DNA of 64,000 nt, from positions 3,794 to 67,793 of the forward strand of contig CAYXYY010000054.1 of the NCBI GenBank assembly GCA_964469495.1, written 5' to 3'. The notes beneath the pieces were generated by a model. That model saw nothing but the letters and a program-made list of their open reading frames with translations. It ran no database searches and was not told where the DNA came from. Shown here in pieces: positions 47,400-55,757 of the stretch; position 1 is the stretch's first letter; every line of letters starts with the position of its first letter. A program made the translations under genes and the position numbers. This DNA is from an uncultured Planctomycetia bacterium. GTDB taxonomy: Bacteria > Omnitrophota > Gorgyraeia > S143-82.

Positions 47400-48163
47400 A
47401 ATACTATATCCGTCCCCCCTTCTTTGCGGGAATCTATCTCCATCTTGCCATTATGCGCAGAGATAATCCTAAAACATATCGGCAGGCCCAACCCAACACC
47501 CCTTTCTTTTGTCGTAAAAAACGGCTCCATAATCTTTTCTTTTACAGAATCTTCTATACCGCAACCGTTATCCGACACAACCACCTTTACAAAAGCGCCT
47601 TCTTTTTTAGCGCTTATTTTTATAAGCCCATTTTCACCTACTGCATCAAGGGCGTTTTCAAGCAAATTAACAAAAACCCTTTGCAGATGAAATCCATCGG
47701 CCTGTATATATTTTACAGACAAATCCGCTTGTATATCAACATCTTTTTGCGCTCTCTTATATTCTACCGCATTTTCAGCCTTTTCCAACAACTCATTTAA
47801 ATCCACTTCACGAATGTTCAATTTCAAGTCCTGCGCAAAGGCCAAAATCTCTGTTACAATCGCGTCTAAACGATGCACAGCAACCATAATATTTGATATC
47901 AAAAACCGATGTTCTTTATTATCCCGCAATTCCGATTGCAACATCTCCGCAGACAACTTCATACCTGCCAATGGATTTCTTATCTCATGGGCAAGGACTG
48001 TTGCCATCTCTCCGATAGCAGCCAAACGCTTTGACCTATTTAACTCCTCGGTAAGGTCTGCAACACGCTTTTCAAGGGAAGCAAAATAGCCTATAAGCTC
48101 GCCTGAGCTCTTATTAAACTCCTCAAAGGCCTTTGCGAGTTCTTCAGGAGAGATCTGTGGCAT
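47378..48163 (-). CDS. flgS: Cytoplasmic sensor histidine kinase (FlgS-like)
   Basis: It has no TM segment. It carries an HisKA H-box (MATVLAHEIRNPLAGM) and an HATPase_c domain (N, G1 DNGCGI, G2 GVGLGLPIC). It overlaps the response-regulator gene by 22 nt. Confidence 0.7.
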   Translation of the reverse strand: MPQISPEELAKAFEEFNKSSGELIGYFASLEKRVADLTEELNRSKRLAAIGEMATVLAHEIRNPLAGMKLSAEMLQSELRDNKEHRFLISNIMVAVHRLDAIVTEILAFAQDLKLNIREVDLNELLEKAENAVEYKRAQKDVDIQADLSVKYIQADGFHLQRVFVNLLENALDAVGENGLIKISAKKEGAFVKVVVSDNGCGIEDSVKEKIMEPFFTTKERGVGLGLPICFRIISAHNGKMEIDSRKEGGTDIVLWLPHES

Positions 48164-48166
48164 AAT

Positions 48167-48619
48167 TTAGCCTCTTTTATCCATAAACTTACTGGACGGA
48201 TTAATAGGCCCTTTCCTAGACGAGGAATAAAGGCCAAGGGCCTTTTTCCCAACACTTACCTTTCCCATTTCCCTTGAACGGCCTTGCTGAAGGCCTTTGG
48301 CAAGATCTATACATTCCTGCTCAACGGCCAACAACTCCTTTAAAATAGCTCCTATCTCATCAAAAACACCTGAAATGGCAGATTGTTCCTCTGCGGAAAA
48401 CACCGACCTATCCTCATTCCACCTAAGCTTAAACTCCGCTAACTGGGCATCGGTTTTTTCTATCTCCTTAACCAGTTCGGCTTTTTTCAACAGAAGTTCA
48501 TTGACTATATTCGTATCAGAGATATTCGCTTTTTGTTGGTGAGAAAACTCCAACATCCGATTATACACGTCTCGTTGTTTTTTCAAGAGGACCAAGACAG
48601 CTTCTATATTTTTTCTCAT
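48167..48619 (-). CDS. Hypothetical helical protein, possibly FlgN-like flagellar chaperone
   Basis: This 150-aa protein is predicted all-helical and Leu/Glu/Lys-rich. Its position in a flagellar regulatory operon is the only other support. There is no diagnostic motif. Confidence 0.3.
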   Translation of the reverse strand: MRKNIEAVLVLLKKQRDVYNRMLEFSHQQKANISDTNIVNELLLKKAELVKEIEKTDAQLAEFKLRWNEDRSVFSAEEQSAISGVFDEIGAILKELLAVEQECIDLAKGLQQGRSREMGKVSVGKKALGLYSSSRKGPINPSSKFMDKRG

Positions 48620-51600
48620 CAGCTGGACAACTCCTCTACCAAATCCTTTGTGCTCTCCAATTTTTCCCTGATAGCCATCTCGTTAAGATTCCAATCGGCT
48701 TCCTTTGCCCAATAACTATCAGGATACAACTCCTTCACCTGTTCAAAATATGCCCTTGCCTTTTCTTCCTCGCCAAGCTGTTTAAAACACAAGGCCTTTT
48801 GATAGAGAATCCAATCCGGCACTGGAAGCTGCGCCTTTTTATATATGGCCTCCACCTTTGAATACACATTGCGCGCGCCCTTTATATCACCCTTCAAGAA
48901 AAACATATCGGCAATCTTTGTTATGGCATACATAATATCCGCAAACGAATCCTTGTCTATATTCTCCTCGCATAACAACTGCGTTGACGATCTGGAACCT
49001 TCTATTGTGCAGTGGTGTTTCTTCAAAATCCGGTCAAGATACCTGCTGTAAGAATTAAACGCGCTATCGTACTCCTTCTTCTCAACATAACAATCCGCCT
49101 GCCATTTTATCAACTCCGTCTGTCTGTGCCAATTATGGGAAAGCGCGCTTGCATTTTTAAATGCCTCCAGCGCCTCGTCATATTGGCCGGCCTTAAAATA
49201 TACCCGCCCCAAGGCAAAGAACGTTGCTGATTTTAATCTATAATCTCCCAAAAACCTGTTATTGGCAACGCGAACATAGTTTTCAATCGCAGGAGTAATA
49301 TCCCCGACGGCCTCATACGTCCGGCCCAAAAGATACCTGCACCAAAATCTCCACGGGCTTAAAGCGGAAAAAACAATAGCGTCCTTTAGAGTCCTTTCAG
49401 CCTTGGCATACTCGCCTGCATAAAAGTAAGCAACACTCATCCTATAATATATCTTGCTCCTGTCTATATTCTTGCTCTCCTTAAACTTCTCTATCAATTC
49501 TATATACGTGCCGACAGCATCTCTATATTTTTTCGCCCTTAACTGCGCCTCTGCCTTTGCCATATATATCTTTTTCATTGCAATCGCATCATCAGGAAGC
49601 TGCAGCTCTTCCAGCAGTTTATCATAGATATCAGCCGCTTCAGAATACCTGCCCATAAGTTCCAATGTCCTGGCCAGTTTCCACTTAACGCGTCTTATGT
49701 GCTTATACCTCCTATATTTTTTCACCAATTCCTGAAGCCAATTGGCCGCTTCCTTAAACCTGCCTTCTCTGGCAAGCAACAACGCCATCTCCTCTATGCC
49801 AACGGGAACCAAATCCGAGTCGTAAAAACGCTCCTTAAACTGGTAATAGGCCTCTATCGCCTCTTCAAACTCATCTTGTTGAGCTAAAGTGCGCGCAATC
49901 TCAAGCATCGCCTTAGGCGCATACTCGCTGTACTTGTATTTTTTGGCCAAAAATTTATATTCCTTTATCGCCTCTTTCGGCCTGTTATCCGCGTTTAAGG
50001 CCTTTGCCAATTCAAATTCCAACAATGCCCCCATATCCTCGTCTTGTATCAGGCCCTTGCCCTTTTTAAATGCCTCAACGGCCTTGCCATACTCTCCTAA
50101 ATTAGACAACGCCTCGCCGTATATAAGATACATCTCCCCTCTGAACTTGTGTTTCGGAAACTTTGCCAAAAACGTTCTACACACGTCGCTTAATTCCTTA
50201 TACTTTTTCTGAGAACGATAGATATCCGCAATCAACTTATATGCCTGAGGAAGAAGCTTGCTATTAGGATACTTGCCTATCAACTTCCACAGCTCCAAGA
50301 GAGACTGAGCGTAATTACCCATATCGTATAATAATTTACCTATATTAAACTGAACCTCCTGCGCCTCTTTTGAATACGCAAACTCCTGCAAAAAATCCCT
50401 ATAAAATTTCAGGCTATTATGCACATCGCCCGCGCCTTTATATGCCTCCGCAAGCCTCAAAATCGCCTCTTGTTTATACGAAGACTTATCCGATTCTGCG
50501 TAAAGGGCCTTATAATACTCTATGGCCTTTTCATAGAATTCCTTTCTTGACGTGCTTTGGGCCTTTTTAAAATACGCATAGCCAATGTAATTAATTGCAT
50601 CATCTAAAAATTTGGGGCTTAGTTTATCCTTAATAGATTCATAAAAATCCTCTGCCGAGGCCAATTGCCCCTTATCAATCATCTTATATAAAATCGCAAA
50701 CAATTCTGCTTCACTCATCGGAGCGCTTACGACAGGTTTTTGGGTTTCTTGTTGTTTTGGCGCGGTCATCAACTTAACGAATCCAAAAACAAGCAATACA
50801 AGGGATAATCCTATAACGCCAAACAACCCATACACAACCTTTTTAGAAAGTCCCGGAGCAGTATACTGTTCCTTTGCAGTCACATCCTCAACAGTTTCAA
50901 CAGGCACGGGTTTATCATCGGCAGGACTTTCTCCACCTACCTTGATGTCAACAACCTTCTCCTCGACATCAATATTTTCGCCTTCTTTGAGCAGGATTTT
51001 CCCTTCATCCTGATCTGCCTTTTTTCCCGATGAATCCTGATTTTGATCAGATGAATCTTGATTCTTTTCAGAGGAATCTGGAGCAGCAGGGCTGTCTCCT
51101 AAAAGGGCTGCCCTTTCATCTCCCGCAACCTCAGGGACATCTTTATCTTCGCCCCCCTCAGGCTCCTCATTCGTCCCTGCTGGCTCCTGTTCCTCTTCCC
51201 CCTGTTTCCCGGCAGATTCCTCCTGGCGCGGAGAACCCTCCTCCTGTCCGGAAATCTCTATATCCTCTTTTTCGGATTTTTCACTTGATTCCTTCTCTTC
51301 CTGTTCTTGCGCTTCCTTATCATCCTTTTCCTTTGACTCTTCTATCTTTTCCTTTTTCTCCTCAACCGGTTTTTCTTCCTGCTTATCTTCTGCCTTTTCC
51401 TCTTGCTTTTCCTCACTATCGGATTTCTCGCCTTTATCTTTAGGCGCAGCGCTGTCCTGTGGTTTTTCCTTATCCTGCTGTTCTTTAGATTCCTCCGCGG
51501 GCACTTCACTGGCCGCTTCTTTTTCCTTTACCTGCTCTTCCGAATCCTTTGCAGATACACTAATCTCCTTACCCAGAAAATCTGTTAATTCCTTTGCCAA

Positions 51601-52212
51601 ATCCGCAGTTAAATCAAAAGAATCCTCTGCGGAAAGCTCTTCTCCCACAATTGCGCTAACAGCGCAAACCGCCTCAGTAATATCCAACTCATACTGATTG
51701 GCAAAATCCTTTATCGTCAAAGCCCCTGAAGAACCAGAATCGCCTTTATCCGCAGCGCCCTCTGACTTTTCCTCTTCAACTGGTTTTTCTTCCTGCTTAC
51801 TCTCTACTTTTTCCTCTTGTTTTTCCTCACTATCGGATTTCTCGCTTTTCTCTTCAGACGCGGCGCTGTCCTGTGGTTTTTCTTTATCACCCGAAGATTC
51901 CGCTTGTTTTTTGGTTTTCTTTTTAGCGCCTGTTTTTTCCTTTGTTTCCTTTTTCTTATCGGATTTTGCCTGCGGTTCATCCTCTTGATCAGAGCCCTCT
52001 GCTTTTTTATCAGGGTTATTTTCTTTTTTCTCTTCAGCGCCTTCTGGCAGTTTAATCTCCATTCCCAAAAAGTCCGTCAGTTCCTTTGCCAGATCAACAG
52101 TTAAATCAAACTCATCGTCTAATGAGAGCTCCTTGCCAACAACAGCGCTAACAGCGCAAACCGCTTCGGTTTGGTCTATATTGTATTGGGCAGCAAACTC
52201 AGATACCTTCAT
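48619..52212 (-). CDS. Large (1197 aa) membrane-anchored protein: duplicated N-terminal ~55-aa helical module, acidic E/K/D/S low-complexity repeats, one TM, then a long TPR array
   Basis: Module 1 reads SEFAAQYNIDQTEAVCAVSAVVGKELSLDDEFDLTVDLAKELTDFLGMEI. Module 2 reads IKDFANQYELDITEAVCAVSAIVGEELSAEDSFDLTADLAKELTDFLGKEI. The acidic linkers are repeated at DNA level. The TM is VVYGLFGVIGLSLVLLVFGFVKL. About 650 aa of TPR-like repeats follow to the C-terminus. Confidence 0.7.
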   Translation of the reverse strand: MKVSEFAAQYNIDQTEAVCAVSAVVGKELSLDDEFDLTVDLAKELTDFLGMEIKLPEGAEEKKENNPDKKAEGSDQEDEPQAKSDKKKETKEKTGAKKKTKKQAESSGDKEKPQDSAASEEKSEKSDSEEKQEEKVESKQEEKPVEEEKSEGAADKGDSGSSGALTIKDFANQYELDITEAVCAVSAIVGEELSAEDSFDLTADLAKELTDFLGKEISVSAKDSEEQVKEKEAASEVPAEESKEQQDKEKPQDSAAPKDKGEKSDSEEKQEEKAEDKQEEKPVEEKKEKIEESKEKDDKEAQEQEEKESSEKSEKEDIEISGQEEGSPRQEESAGKQGEEEQEPAGTNEEPEGGEDKDVPEVAGDERAALLGDSPAAPDSSEKNQDSSDQNQDSSGKKADQDEGKILLKEGENIDVEEKVVDIKVGGESPADDKPVPVETVEDVTAKEQYTAPGLSKKVVYGLFGVIGLSLVLLVFGFVKLMTAPKQQETQKPVVSAPMSEAELFAILYKMIDKGQLASAEDFYESIKDKLSPKFLDDAINYIGYAYFKKAQSTSRKEFYEKAIEYYKALYAESDKSSYKQEAILRLAEAYKGAGDVHNSLKFYRDFLQEFAYSKEAQEVQFNIGKLLYDMGNYAQSLLELWKLIGKYPNSKLLPQAYKLIADIYRSQKKYKELSDVCRTFLAKFPKHKFRGEMYLIYGEALSNLGEYGKAVEAFKKGKGLIQDEDMGALLEFELAKALNADNRPKEAIKEYKFLAKKYKYSEYAPKAMLEIARTLAQQDEFEEAIEAYYQFKERFYDSDLVPVGIEEMALLLAREGRFKEAANWLQELVKKYRRYKHIRRVKWKLARTLELMGRYSEAADIYDKLLEELQLPDDAIAMKKIYMAKAEAQLRAKKYRDAVGTYIELIEKFKESKNIDRSKIYYRMSVAYFYAGEYAKAERTLKDAIVFSALSPWRFWCRYLLGRTYEAVGDITPAIENYVRVANNRFLGDYRLKSATFFALGRVYFKAGQYDEALEAFKNASALSHNWHRQTELIKWQADCYVEKKEYDSAFNSYSRYLDRILKKHHCTIEGSRSSTQLLCEENIDKDSFADIMYAITKIADMFFLKGDIKGARNVYSKVEAIYKKAQLPVPDWILYQKALCFKQLGEEEKARAYFEQVKELYPDSYWAKEADWNLNEMAIREKLESTKDLVEELSS
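51361..51476. repeat. Direct repeat copy A (~88% identical to copy B, 414 bp away) inside the large TPR protein gene
   Basis: ctcaaccggtttttcttcctgcttatc...ctcactatcggatttctcgcc...gcgctgtcctgtggtttttcc recurs at 51775. It encodes the EKSDSEEKQEEK...EEKPVEE linker of each module. Confidence 0.7.
51775..51890. repeat. Direct repeat copy B
   Basis: See copy A. This is an internal tandem duplication. Confidence 0.7.
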
Positions 52213-52507
52213 TGCCGGTTGCGCCCTCCTGCATTTCCTTATCCAAGATATCCCTTATCTGCAACAGGTTATATCCTTCGGATTTCAGTTCCTTTATCCT
52301 CTTAACCCTTAAAAAAACATCCTCCGCATACAACCTATGTCCTGACGGGGTACGCCGGGCCTCTTTTAAAAGCCCAAGCTGTGTATAATTGTGGATAATC
52401 TGACGCGACAGGCCGGTATAATACATTACCTCGCCTATCTTATACAACTTCTCAGGAACAGGAAATAGATCTCCCTGCACAGGCCCATTAGGGGTCAAAT
52501 CCGCCAA
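52199..52507 (-). CDS. MerR-family transcriptional regulator (small)
   Basis: It has an HTH (YKIGEVMYYTGLSRQIIHNYTQLGLL) and then a short coiled-coil. Its stop overlaps the start of the 1197-aa gene by 14 nt. Confidence 0.65.
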   Translation of the reverse strand: MADLTPNGPVQGDLFPVPEKLYKIGEVMYYTGLSRQIIHNYTQLGLLKEARRTPSGHRLYAEDVFLRVKRIKELKSEGYNLLQIRDILDKEMQEGATGNEGI

Positions 52508-52615
52508 TCTCTTCCCCCTTATTTAGTGTTTTAATATAAAATACAACATATCAATTATGTCTGATAAATTGTATCATATAAAAGACAAAAGACAAAGTAT
52601 ATTTTATCAATTGGC

Positions 52616-52645
52616 ATTTATATTTTATAATTTACATATTGTAAA
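52616..52645 (-). promoter_or_regulatory. Candidate sigma-70 promoter, TTTACA-N17-TATAAAT, in an AT-rich intergenic region upstream of the merR-like gene
   Basis: The minus strand reads TTTACAatatgtaaattataaaaTATAAAT, about 100 nt upstream of the start codon. Confidence 0.35.
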
Positions 52646-52681
52646 GATAAGAATGCATATAATTTTGATTAGAAAATAACC

Positions 52682-53509
52682 CTATGAACCGCTTTTGGTT
52701 TGGGCGCCTTGGGCCTTATCTATCAGGGCAGAGACCTGATTGACAAATTCTGGTTTTAGTCCTGCTGACTTGATTTGCTCCAGAATCTGCTTTGCGCCGT
52801 CGATGTTTTTGTTCTTAAGCAAAAGAAGAATTCTATCCAAGAATGCCCTTGCTCGCACCTTTTCAGGATATTTCCCATCGGAAGAAATCTCTGATAGGAT
52901 ATCCATTGCATCATTAACCTTTCCCGAGGCCAGATACAACCTAACCAACCCAGTCATACCAACATACTTCAACGCCTCTTTGTCAGAATCTATGGCCTTT
53001 TTATATTCTGCCTCGGCAATGGAATAATATTTATCGCCTTTACCTGCGGATTTCGCAACAATATACATATCCGTCAATCCCTTATAATAAAGAATAGAAC
53101 CTTTAACAGGGGCAAGCCCTTTCTCAAAACAGGACAAGGCATTGTTATAATCCTTTTTCCTCAAAAACCACTTACTAAGCGCGTTGTAAAAAGCAACCTT
53201 ATCCTTTTGCGTTTCCAGTTTGTCTCCCAAGGCTATGGCCTCTCTATTTTTGCCCAGCGCGGCCAACAAAATCGCCTCTATACGCAATGCCCTTGGGGCC
53301 AAACCCCGTTCTTTCGCAGAAGACTCCAAGGACTGCGCTTCTTTAAGCAGGATATTCAACTGCCCTTCCACCATCTGATTAGGATCCGCCACAGCCTTGT
53401 CCACCTTGCGTTCCAGTCCCCACAACTGCCTTTCCAAAGAATACCTCTGTGAACAACCGCTAATCAATACAACAGACAAAAACACCAACAATAATTTAAC
53501 GCGCTTCAT
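52682..53509 (-). CDS. TPR-repeat lipoprotein
   Basis: It has a signal peptide with a lipobox (VVLISGC) and 5-6 TPR-like repeats. Confidence 0.6.
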   Translation of the reverse strand: MKRVKLLLVFLSVVLISGCSQRYSLERQLWGLERKVDKAVADPNQMVEGQLNILLKEAQSLESSAKERGLAPRALRIEAILLAALGKNREAIALGDKLETQKDKVAFYNALSKWFLRKKDYNNALSCFEKGLAPVKGSILYYKGLTDMYIVAKSAGKGDKYYSIAEAEYKKAIDSDKEALKYVGMTGLVRLYLASGKVNDAMDILSEISSDGKYPEKVRARAFLDRILLLLKNKNIDGAKQILEQIKSAGLKPEFVNQVSALIDKAQGAQTKSGS

Positions 53510-54344
53510 ATTTGCCCCTCTCTTCTATGTATATATTTATAACAATAACATTAATGGCCGTATTTACAACCACTGCCCATAACCACGATACAACATCTAT
53601 TGCAAGCAATGCCTCCGGCCCATAGGACGATACCAAGAAAACCTTTGCGCCGGGAAGTTTCACCAATATGAATGGAAGAAAACAAGCCAACGCAAAGAGT
53701 AATATCAAAAATGTCAGAAAAAACAGAGAGGCCCCCATTTTTGCCCCCAATTTAATTCCTCTAACAAAAGACTTCAACTCATATATCGCAGGGAATATAT
53801 ACGAAATCAATGCATAAATAATAGCGCTGATTAATAGATTAGTCCCTATTAACAGCCCCATATTAATAACCGCGCTCTTTATGCCTATCTTTCCGGCCAA
53901 AAGCCCCACCCCGAAAACAGCCCCTTTACTCACAAGAGACAATATAACTTGGGCCAAAAACGACAACACAAGAAAAATAAAAAACATACGGCTATCTTTC
54001 TTTGGCGCATCATTTTCAACTATATTAGACCGCCTGAATATAATCTTTATCAAAAACAACGTTGCTAACGCCCCGACAAGCACGTCAAAAAACACACCCG
54101 TGGAAGAAAGGATTCTATCCATCCAAAACAAGTGTCCGGGATAATGCAAAGCCGCGGGAGAAAAAAACCTTGCAATTAAAGGGCCTGCAATAATCTTTAA
54201 CGGCCACTGCACACTGTAAAATAAGATAACCATCCAAAAGAATTTAGACAACGCCACTAATAAAAACGGCGACCATACAGACATAGAAGCCATCTGCTTA
54301 AACGACTTGGACAAAACCTTTTCAATCAACTTAATCATAATCAT
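53496..54344 (-). CDS. Hypothetical polytopic membrane protein
   Basis: It has about 8 TM segments and no exosortase signature motifs. Confidence 0.4.
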   Translation of the reverse strand: MIMIKLIEKVLSKSFKQMASMSVWSPFLLVALSKFFWMVILFYSVQWPLKIIAGPLIARFFSPAALHYPGHLFWMDRILSSTGVFFDVLVGALATLFLIKIIFRRSNIVENDAPKKDSRMFFIFLVLSFLAQVILSLVSKGAVFGVGLLAGKIGIKSAVINMGLLIGTNLLISAIIYALISYIFPAIYELKSFVRGIKLGAKMGASLFFLTFLILLFALACFLPFILVKLPGAKVFLVSSYGPEALLAIDVVSWLWAVVVNTAINVIVINIYIEERGKYEAR

Positions 54345-54979
54345 ACTCCTTTTCCCAACAACATATGTTCAATGGTTTCCAGAATTACCATCAAATCCAT
54401 TGGCAAACTCAAATGTTCTATATAGAACAAATCATACTTGAGCTTTATAGCAACATCCCTGATGTCGGCATCATAGCGATGCCTAACCTGAGCAAGGCCT
54501 GTTACACCCGGCCTTACGTTAAGCCTCTCAAAATACCTTGGCAATTTTTCCTGCAAGGACTGCGCAATCTCCGGCCTCTCAGGCCTAGGGCCTATCAAGC
54601 TCATATCGCCCATAATAACATTAACCAATTGAGGCAGTTCATCTAAATGCGTTGCCCTTAAAAATGCGCCCACTTTAGTAACCCTCGGGTCATCTTTCAT
54701 TGCCCAGACAGCCCGGCCCTCCTTCTCCGCATCGGCCCTCATGCTCCTAAACTTATATATAGTAAAAGGCCTGCCTTTATAGCCCAGCCTTTTTTGAGAA
54801 TAAATTACAGGGCCTTTTGAGTCCAGCTTAATCATCAAGGCAATAAAGAGCATCAATGGCGCAAAAACAATAAACAAGAAAATAGACAAAACAAAATCCA
54901 CCAACCTCTTCAAAAACCTGTATGGCGAGCAAACAACACAACGCCTATTTAATGTTTTCATTTGAGCAGGCAAATCCAT
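54341..54979 (-). CDS. Polyprenyl-phosphate sugar phosphotransferase (small monotopic bacterial sugar transferase, PglC/WbaP C-terminal type)
   Basis: It has the bacterial sugar transferase motifs YSQKRLGYKGRPFTIYKFRSMRADAE ... MSLIGPRPERPE. The start is uncertain (55018, 54979 or 54961). Confidence 0.75.
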   Translation of the reverse strand: MDLPAQMKTLNRRCVVCSPYRFLKRLVDFVLSIFLFIVFAPLMLFIALMIKLDSKGPVIYSQKRLGYKGRPFTIYKFRSMRADAEKEGRAVWAMKDDPRVTKVGAFLRATHLDELPQLVNVIMGDMSLIGPRPERPEIAQSLQEKLPRYFERLNVRPGVTGLAQVRHRYDADIRDVAIKLKYDLFYIEHLSLPMDLMVILETIEHMLLGKGV

Positions 54980-54980
54980 T

Positions 54981-55655
54981 TTAAATAATCCCTTTCCTAT
55001 TCCTCCCGACAAAGGCACCTAAACCCAACAACATCATCGCAAACGTCGCAGGCTCAGGCGTAGACGAAACAGGAGAGCGTTGGCCAACAGGACACTCTGA
55101 CCCGGGTTCCGTTGGCAAATCCGAATTCCAATCAGGTTCATCAAAAGAGGCCTCATCGCCTTGGGAAAAATCATCAATATGCCCCGGCCTATATAATACC
55201 CTGCCGTCATTATCTGACCCTCCAACGTTGGGCCAAGAAACAACATCGCCGGGCAAATTGTCTTGCGCTGGGAAAAATATGCTTAAATTTCCTCCGGAAT
55301 TCGGCAGAAAACTATTCCTTCCAAAAACAGCCGTGCCGACAATAAAGGCATTGGGCGCAACACAAACATCGCTTCCCGTAAAATAAAAAAGCCCGCCCGC
55401 TGGCCATTTAAGCGAAGAAGCAGGAGAAAAAGAAACCTCACTCCCATTGCTAACGGATAAATATAATCCAGAAAAGATAAAAGAATCTCCGGAATTCAAC
55501 AACTCCACCCACTCATTGGCCTCAGACCTGCCATCTCCATTGACAACCATACGCGTCACAAACACTCCGGCAAAAGACAAACTATACGTAAGAAACGCAA
55601 ACGTAAGCGCAATGGAAACAACCTTAAAAATATCCGACCTTCTTTCCCAAAACAT
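54981..55655 (-). CDS. PEP-CTERM sorting-signal protein with lamin-tail domain (LTD)
   Basis: It has an N-terminal signal/TM and an LTD motif (NEWVELLNSG). The C-terminus is a PEP-CTERM anchor, TPEPATFAMMLLGLGAFVGRNRKG. A GGAGG RBS is present. Confidence 0.7.
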   Translation of the reverse strand: MFWERRSDIFKVVSIALTFAFLTYSLSFAGVFVTRMVVNGDGRSEANEWVELLNSGDSFIFSGLYLSVSNGSEVSFSPASSLKWPAGGLFYFTGSDVCVAPNAFIVGTAVFGRNSFLPNSGGNLSIFFPAQDNLPGDVVSWPNVGGSDNDGRVLYRPGHIDDFSQGDEASFDEPDWNSDLPTEPGSECPVGQRSPVSSTPEPATFAMMLLGLGAFVGRNRKGII

Positions 55656-55695
55656 CTTTTTAACCTCCTACATCACAACAAAACCACAATTGGAT

Positions 55696-55724
55696 ATTTT
55701 AAAACAATACTTATTGCAAGTCAA
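55696..55724 (-). promoter_or_regulatory. Candidate sigma-70 promoter, TTGACT-N17-TAAAAT, for the PEP-CTERM gene
   Basis: The minus strand reads TTGACTtgcaataagtattgtttTAAAAT, about 40 nt upstream of the start. Confidence 0.4.
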
Positions 55725-55757
55725 TAAGTTTTGTTTTTAATAAAACTTTATAAAAAC

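Noticed and set aside
50950-52100. A repetitive Glu/Lys-coding stretch as a possible CRISPR array or intergenic tandem repeat
   Set aside because: The repeats are in-frame low-complexity coding sequence of the 1197-aa protein (acidic linkers). They are an imperfect large duplication, not short regular repeat-spacer units.
53496-54344. The 8-TM protein next to the PEP-CTERM gene as an exosortase (EpsH/Xrt)
   Set aside because: It has no YSHG-like N-terminal motif and no conserved Cys/Arg active-site pattern that I could recognise. I kept it as a hypothetical membrane protein.
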